Program-made: the position numbers and the translations under genes
Notes under the pieces: model-generated
The model's database searches: none
What the model was told of the DNA's origin: nothing
Seen by the model: the letters and a program-made list of their open reading frames with translations, nothing else
NCBI GenBank assembly: GCA_951406725.2
Contig: OX597832.1
Coordinates: forward strand, 59,892,001-59,956,000
Source of the DNA: Octopus vulgaris
Lineage: Eukaryota
Direction of reading: 5' to 3'
Length of the DNA: 64,000 bases
In this document: positions 56,459 to 64,000 of the stretch, in pieces
Layout of the letters: every line of letters begins with the position of its first letter
Position numbering within the stretch: position 1 is the stretch's first letter

Positions 56459-56842
56459 GGGAGCACTCCGTCGGTTGCGACGATGAGGGTCCCAGCTGAT
56501 ACGATCAACAGAACAGCTTGCTCGTGATATTAACGTGCAAGTGGCTGAGCACTCCACAGACACGTGTACCCTTAACGTAGTTCTCGAGGAGATTCAGCGT
56601 GACACAGAGCGTGACAAGGCTGGCCCTTTGAAATACAGGTACAAGAGAAACAGGAAGAAAGAGCGAGAGAAAGTTGTGGTGAAAGAGTACAGCAGGGATC
56701 ACCACCATCCCCTGCCGGAGCCTCGTGGAGCTTTTAGGTGTTTTCGCTCAATAAACACTCACAATGCCCGGTCTGGGAATCGAAACCGCGATCCTATGAC
56801 CACGAGTCCGCTGCCCTAACTACTGGGCCATTGCGCCTCCAC
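56459..56842 (-). mobile_element. SINE C, full length, 3' module type 1, with TSD
   Basis: TTTAGTTTTACTA at 56446-56458 versus TTTAGTTTGACTA at 56843-56855. Confidence 0.92.
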
Positions 56843-57428
56843 TTTAGTTTGACTAAATTCATACTGGTTATATATTGGGCTAAACGAAATAGATAACCTA
56901 ATTAACTAGACATGGATTATTAGTTTAAACTAAGTGAAAATACGAATCTTGGCCATGAAGCTTGCATAACTATGAACGACCGTGTAAACTGATATTTTAA
57001 ATAAATATTTATTAATGTTGGTTCATATAAATGGCGGTACCGGCAGATTTCCAAATCGATAGACGATTAGATACAGTAGACAGAAGTCTGTTGTGGGCTG
57101 TATATAAATATATATGGTATTGAGTGTGTATTTATTTGTATATGTGTATGTGTGTGTGTATTTATTTGTATATGTGCATGTGTGTGTGTATGTGTGTGTG
57201 TATGTGTGTGTGTGTGTATGTGTGTGTGTGTATGTGTGTGTGTGTGTGTGTAGGTGTGTGTGTAGGTGTGTGTGTGTGTAAACGCATAGCAATTACGTTT
57301 TAACTAAATATTTATAATTCAGCGTTTAACAGCGTTGGTTTCTTTCCACAGAATTTGTGGTCTACTGAGGATTTATATAATTCTTTTTGCCCTTTAAACA
57401 ACCATAAACAAAAGTATACACGTAAATT

Positions 57429-57471
<43 letters not shown>

Positions 57472-57557
57472 GTGTGTGTATATATATATATGTATGTATA
57501 CATATATATACATATATATACGTATATATATATATACATATATATACATATATATAC

Positions 57558-57590
<33 letters not shown>

Positions 57591-57960
57591 ATGAATGACA
57601 AAAGAATCGGAGTTACGTAATCACTTCCACTGGCTTACATCTGTTTCCGCTATTAGAGGCATCAAACTCAGAGCTGAATGTTGAATGCCTGTACAACATC
57701 GTAGAGCTTCAGCAAAGACTTCGGTAAGCATTTGAATCCAGGGCAGACCAAAGCCTTGTGAGTTAATATGGCAGGCGGAAACTGAAAGAATCCCGCTGTG
57801 TACATATATATATTTGCACGCGCTTGTGTGTATTTGTGTGTGCGTGTATATGTGTGAACTTTGTGTGTTTGGACTCGTGTGGTTGTGATTGCAAGTTAAT
57901 TTTAGAGGAAGGATAAATACACATACGCGCATATGCATTTATACACACATATACACATCC

Positions 57961-57991
<31 letters not shown>

Positions 57992-58327
57992 AATAGAACA
58001 TGAATTTACAAGTTTCTATAAAGTACATTATTAAGTGTCACTTTAGTACCAATTCTTGTGCTAAACTTACTTAGAATTCCAAAGTATTTTAGGTACCTCC
58101 AAACTGTTTCGCAACAAATATGTCGCTGATAAAATGAAATGAAATCACTTACTTTTTACGATAAAAAAATAACAAAAAATCACAGTAAAAACACCTGCAT
58201 TTCTGCAGAAGTTGACCGACTTTAATAACTGATACACCTGTCATTTTAATTAAATAGAAAGAAGTACGTCTTTACCTTGAATCAAATCAAACACATACGT
58301 ACCCACGCACCACATAGGTACATATAC

Positions 58328-58377
<50 letters not shown>

Positions 58378-58405
58378 GAACTTATTTGCAAACATACAGA
58401 CAGAA

Positions 58406-58451
<46 letters not shown>

Positions 58452-58472
58452 TAGATGCAAACATACACACAT

Positions 58473-58534
<62 letters not shown>

Positions 58535-58693
58535 ACACACACACATACACACGTACACGCACTCATACAAGTTGCAGATGACTTCTGCTAGGCTTCTTTT
58601 GTTTGCAAGTCTGACAGTCACTAAACAGGTTTCTTTGCTGTCATAATTACTGAGAAAGCACGAATTTTTACGTTCCTGTGTGCAAGTACTTAC

Positions 58694-58760
58694 TCTGTTG
58701 AACTGCCTTCAAAGAAGCATAAAGATGGCGACGTGTTGAGAAACGCGACAAAGAAGCCAT
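58694..58760 (-). CDS. Speculative first coding exon MASLSRFSTRRHLYASLKAVQQ (phase-1 donor)
   Basis: Minus strand AAATGG start, 22 open codons plus 1 nt, then a consensus GTAAGT donor. Lies in unique sequence downstream of a CT-rich tract. Confidence 0.25.
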
Positions 58761-58899
58761 TTATCGTACGATGTCTGTAGCGAGAAAAAAATAAGCCGAA
58801 GAGTAAAAAAAAAAGCGAAGCTACTAATTTCAAGATGGAAACGAGAATGGTATAAAATATTACGTGTAGATGTGTGATTAGGATTTCGTAAAATTGGGT

Positions 58900-59181
58900 G
58901 AATAAGAGAGAGAGAGAAGGAAGACAGAGAGAGGAAGAGAGAGAGAGGGGAGAGAAAGAGAGCAGAAGAGAGAGGGGAGAGAGAATGTGAAAATGAGCGA
59001 GAGAAGGAAGAGAGAATAGAGTAAGAAAGAAAAAGGGTGAAAGTGAATATGAGAAAGCGAGAGAGAGAAAGAGACAGAGTGAAAGAGGGAGGGAAAGCAA
59101 GAGAAAGACAGAGAAGTAGAGACAGAGTAGGGAGAGAGAGAGAAAAAGAGAGTGAAAGAAAGAGAGAGAGCGAGAGAAAGA

Positions 59182-59212
<31 letters not shown>

Positions 59213-59565
59213 ACGACAGAGAGAAAGAGAGAGAGAAAACGACAGAGAGAAAGAGAGAGAGAAAACGACAGAGAGAAAGAGAGAGAGAAAACGACAGAGA
59301 GAAAGAGAGGGGAGAAAGAGGGACAGGGGGACAGAGAGAGAAGGGAGAGAGGAGACAGAGAGAGAAAAAGTGAGAGACAAGGGAGGGAGAAAGAGAGTGA
59401 GAAAGAGAAAGAGAGAACGTGAGAGAGAGAAAGAGAGTGAGAAAGAGATAGAGGGAGGGAGGGAAAGAAAGAGAAACACAGAGCGAGAAAGACAGAGAAG
59501 GGAGTGAGTGAGTGAGAGAAAGAGAAAGAGAGAGAGAGGGGGAGAGTGAAAGAGAGAGAGACGAA
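58900..59565. repeat. GA-rich low-complexity tract including ~26-bp tandem units (GAGAGAGAAAACGACAGAGAGAAAGA, about 4 copies)
   Basis: Directly visible. Confidence 0.9.
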
Positions 59566-59687
59566 CGATACATAGATCAATGGATTTGCATATATCTCTA
59601 CAAGTCTCTATATGCATCTATATAAGTCGGTATCTCTCTCAAGATATGCATATATGGACATATATATCGACTTATATAAATGTATAC

Positions 59688-59932
59688 CGAGGCGCGTGGC
59701 TTAGTGGTTAGCGTGTAACATTCATGTTCATGAGGTTATGGTTTCGATTCTTGAACATAGCGTCGCGTTGAATTCTTGAGCAAAGCACTTCATTTCATGC
59801 TCTTCCGGTCCACTCAGCTGGCAAAAGTAAGTAATTCTGTGAGAGACCGGCGTCTTGTCCGGGGGCAATGCATACACCACAACACCCGGGAAACCGACCC
59901 TTATGAGCCTCTGGCTTGAGATAGGGCATTTG
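59688..59932 (+). mobile_element. SINE D, diverged
   Basis: GAGGCGCGTGGCTTAGTGGTTAG...TTCTTGAGCAAAGCACTTCATTTCA...GTCCACTCAGCTGGCAAAA. Confidence 0.8.
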
Positions 59933-59964
59933 ATAATTTGCTTTTATATAGATCTTTTTTTTTT

Positions 59965-60187
59965 TCTTTTATCTTTTGCTTGTTTCAGTCATTGGAACTG
60001 CGGCCATGCTGGGGCACCACCTTGAAGAATTTTTAGTCGAATGCATTGACTTTAGTACTTAGTTGTTATTTATTTTAAAGCTTGGTACTTATTCTCTCGC
60101 TAAGTTACCGGAACGTAAACACACTAACACCGATTGTCAAGCAGTGGTGGGGAGAAACACACATACGCACACACACATACACACACG

Positions 60188-60224
<37 letters not shown>

Positions 60225-60376
60225 GACGTGCTTCTTTCAATTTCTGCCCACCTAATCCATTCACAAGACTTTGGTCGGCCCGAGGCTATAGCAGAAGACA
60301 TTTGCCTAGGGTGCAACGCAGTGGGACTGAACTCAGAACCATGTGGTTGAGAAGCAAGCTTCTTACCACACAGTCA
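59965..60376 (-). mobile_element. SINE B
   Basis: Reverse-complement head, core and tail motifs. Confidence 0.85.
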
Positions 60377-60435
60377 CGCGTCAGTGTATGTCATGTATTT
60401 ATTGAAGGGGGAATAACAGGAACAACGATAAGGGA

Positions 60436-60585
60436 CGAAGAAGAAGAAGAAGAAGAAGAAGAAGAAGAAGAAGAAGAAGAAGAAGAAGAAGAAGAAGAAG
60501 AAGAAGAAGAAGAAGAAGAAGAAGAAGAAGAAGAAGAAGAAGAAGAAGAAGAAGAAGAAGAAGAAGAAGAAGAAGAAGAAGAAGA
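60436..60585. repeat. Pure (GAA)n, about 50 units
   Basis: Directly visible. Confidence 0.98.
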
Positions 60586-61329
60586 ACTGTTCAAAACATT
60601 TCGTCGCTCTTCTGCTGCCTGATCACGGGTTCTTATTTCAGATTTAGTGAGATTATATCAATGCTTAAGTGACAGGCTTATGAGAGATTTTCTGGACTCT
60701 TCGTAATTCAGAGTACTGAATAGAAATAAACAAGAAAAAACTGAACTTATTTTTTATGTTTTTTAATGTCTAACGTACTTCATCAATGTCATTTTTTTAA
60801 TACTCGGTTTTGGCACACGGTATGGGATCGAGTCACTATTAATGATTTCTATTGTAGACACAAAGTCACAAAATTTATGGAAACAAATATAATTTTGTTT
60901 TGTATCAACTTCAGAATTTAATTGTTCGTTTAACTCTTTGCCATTGACAACATTTGAAATCATATTCGCTTTATGTAAAATTCAATCCCTGAGTGGAAAC
61001 TGACTCTGAACAACACCATCTGCTTCTAGCATGACATATCTAAAGCTGTAGGCGAAGAACATCTGTACGAGCAGAATTTACTTTTCCAGCTGATGTGATT
61101 AAAGAAGCAATCGAAACACAGATGCGTCTAGAGTGAATTGACATATATTTTGAAATAATATCAGCCCGTCTTAATATATTTTGCCAGAATATTTTTACAT
61201 ATGCATTATATTACGTTAGTGTAACTCTCTGACTACATATATCGAGTGATCTTTTTAGCACGAACGAATGAAATATTAGTAGATTTCTCTCCAGCCATTC
61301 ATTTTCTCTGGCCACTATTCTGTGGGAAG

Positions 61330-61540
61330 GTCTTAGGGATAGGGTCCTCGGGCGCATCCTCCATTGGGTCCAGTCAATAGTAACTACCATTGAACTTTCC
61401 AGCTAGATTCCATGACCAACTTAGAATTTTGATATTATCCAACCATCTTATTTGCCTGTCCCTAGGTCTCTTGTTGATTTTCTCGGCTTGAAGAAACCGT
61501 CTTGCAATTGTTTCCTGCGACCTGCTGACCACATCCCCTT
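61330..61540 (-). pseudogene. RTE-clade LINE ORF C-terminal fragment
   Basis: Manual translation GDVVSRSQETIARRFLQAEKINKRPRDRQIRWLDNIKILSW resembles the GHV.R...KRPRGRP..RW.D.I end of RTE ORFs. Confidence 0.7.
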
Positions 61541-61795
61541 AACAACGGAGCTGTGACTCTCAGCGCGGGGAAGTAATGGCTTGACACGAGAATTTGTTGA
61601 AAGTACACGAGAATTTGTTGAAAGTACACTTGCATCTAGGTAGCATCTTTGTGGCAATCAATGGAGATGAGAAGCAGCAGTGGCTCGCTAAACAACGAAC
61701 TTACCCTGCATCCCCGTTGCCACACATGCTGCAAGTACCATGAAACGGCTCAAATCTGCATCCATAAACTTGTTTTACGAAACCAATTTTCTTTT

Positions 61796-61842
61796 CTTCA
61801 CTGACGAGATTGCAAAAGTACTCGAAACACATGCGTTTGAGG
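61796..61842 (+). ncRNA. Minimal type-I hammerhead ribozyme motif
   Basis: CTTCA-CTGACGA-GATTGC(AAAA)GTACTC-GAAAC-ACATGC-GTT-TGAGG. Intact CUGANGA and GAAA boxes, 5-bp stem I, stem II with one mismatch, GUU triplet. Confidence 0.6.
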
Positions 61843-61991
61843 TTCATCTGTTATCGTTTTATTATTGAAATTTATATTTCATAGTGCACCTATTATATGC
61901 GTATTTGAACATTATATATATATATATATATATATATATCCATGCATATATGCATACACTCATACACACACCACATATGTTTGTGTGAATC

Positions 61992-62086
<95 letters not shown>

Positions 62087-62349
62087 GGTGTAAATGTATA
62101 TAGAGATATGAAGAGAACGTATAGGTTAACGTATTTATTTAGAGTCTAATCAGTGTTCCTCAGGTACACGTGCTAATCAGTCCCAAGAGCTCGATGGCTT
62201 CTAATTATGCGATGAAGGTAAATGAGTAATAAGTTCCATTGACTCAAGAGAGCTTGTACATACATAAAACACTCATATACGCACATGTATATGCACATAT
62301 ATAGAGAGAGCGATAAATATGTATATATATATATATATAATTTTTTTAT

Positions 62350-62498
62350 TCTCTCTGTTTATTTCCTCGTGTTCCTTTGTGTTGGAGAGCGAAGGATCGA
62401 AACATAAAAGACTTTCACACCTTCCCGGGCATCAAACTAATACACCTGCTTGTTGTTTATACACCTGTCCTCATCTTTTGTTTTTCTGTAAATTTCAA

Positions 62499-62500
<2 letters not shown>
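62350..62500 (+). mobile_element. (TA)n-embedded hammerhead-motif repeat (family of 4441 and 26050)
   Basis: TTGGAGA-GCGAAGGAT-CGAAAC-ATAAAAGACTTTC...TACACCTGTCCTCATCTTTTGTTT, then (TA)n. Confidence 0.6.
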
Positions 62501-62557
<57 letters not shown>

Positions 62558-62945
62558 AGGCGCAGGAGTGGCTCTGTGGTAAGTAGCTTGCTTACCAGCC
62601 ACACAGTTCCAGGTTCAGTCCCACTACATGGCACCTTGGGCAAATCTCTTCTACTATAGATATGGGCCCAGCAAAGCCTTGTGAGTAGATTTGGTAGACG
62701 GAAACTGAAAAAAGCCCGTCGTATCTATGTATATGTGTGTGTTTGTGTGTATGTGTTTGTCGCCCCCGAGCATCGCCTGATAACCGAACGTGGTGTGTTT
62801 ACGTCCACGTAACTTAGTGGTTCGGAAAAGGTTACCGATAGAATAAGTACTAGGCTTACAAGGAATAAGTCCTGGGGTCGATTTGCGCGACTAAAGGCCT
62901 TGTTCGAGAATGGCCGCAGTCAAATGACTGAAACAAACAAAAGAA
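62558..62945 (+). mobile_element. SINE B, full length
   Basis: Same structure as 48786-49207. Confidence 0.92.
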
Positions 62946-63387
62946 AGAGAAGAAAAGAATAAAAAAAGAATATATACATGTGTGTGCAGGGGTCAGTGTC
63001 TAGTTCTATGGCGAAGGGGCTGACTCAATATTAGGACTGCATGCTAACCAGACGCTCTTCGACGTTGCAGTGAATGGATCCTGCGGCAGTGAACTGCACA
63101 CCCTCCGTGGTATATAACTTATACACAGCGACACATGTGTGTATATATATGTGTGTGCCTGTACGTGTGTGTGGGGGAGCGAAAGAAGAGAGAGAGAGAG
63201 AGAGAAAAAAAAAAGAAAGAGAAAGAAAAAAAGAGAGGTGTGTGGGAGGAGAGGCAGGTTATCACAAATGGTACGTGCATTAATACAGAGAACTATATAT
63301 AGATATATTGGTGGAAACACACGCAGCTGGATAGGTACAGTGTATATATATATATACATATATATACATACATACATATACATATAT

Positions 63388-63472
<85 letters not shown>

Positions 63473-64000
63473 GGTAAATATATTCGGATATACAAATATA
63501 GGAATATATACATGCATACATATATACACATATATATCCACACACACACACACACACACACGCACACATGCACACACGCACACACACACATATATATATA
63601 TATATTCACACACACACACACACACACAAACGGAGAGAAAGGAGGTAGGAGAGGAGACGCAAAGCAAGAGAGACAAAAATTAAGGTTACTGCCAATTGTA
63701 GTTATTGAGTGCTAAACTGGTTTAACGACTGGAAGAGCCAATCTCGTCCAATAAAAATTCATTTACATTCGCTGATGTTCGTATTATTTGCCTTATTGTT
63801 GTCGTTGTTATTTTTGTCGCAGCCATAAACGCTGTTTTTTTTTCATTATTTATATTCTTTCTTATTTTCATTCTATATATAATTTTTATTGATTCCTGAT
63901 TTTTATTTATATGTTTTTTCTTTCAGTTTTATTTTTTTGCGTTATTTTTCGTTTCTGTATATTTTTCGTTCTTTTCTTTCCTTCTTCTATTTGTTTCAAT

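Noticed and set aside
61584-61629. 21-bp direct duplication ACACGAGAATTTGTTGAAAGT
   Set aside because: Simple local tandem duplication with no further structure.

Overview
This is an AT-rich, extremely microsatellite-dense eukaryotic (animal) intronic or intergenic region. The repeat complement (several tRNA-headed SINE families among compound AAT/TA/CA/GATA tracts) looks like an Octopus-type cephalopod genome; that assignment is inference, not a database result. Nearly all ORFs in the track are low-complexity artefacts of simple repeats. The recognisable protein-coding remnants are all mobile-element derived: (i) five restriction-like-endonuclease (R4/Dong-type) LINE 3' fragments packed into (TAA)n tracts at 5.3-10.3 kb, (ii) a decayed DD37D/maT-type Tc1/mariner transposase split by a SINE, (iii) a Penelope-like GIY-YIG endonuclease ORF followed by a hammerhead-like motif, and (iv) an RTE LINE C-terminal fragment. 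Four SINE families (working labels A-D) occur in many copies, several with target-site duplications, swappable 3' modules and recurrent tandem junctions. Also present are several short hammerhead-like motifs next to (TA)n tracts, near-perfect local palindromes, two large inverted-repeat structures and one speculative first coding exon at 58.7 kb on the minus strand. No rRNA, CRISPR array or confidently identifiable host gene was seen.
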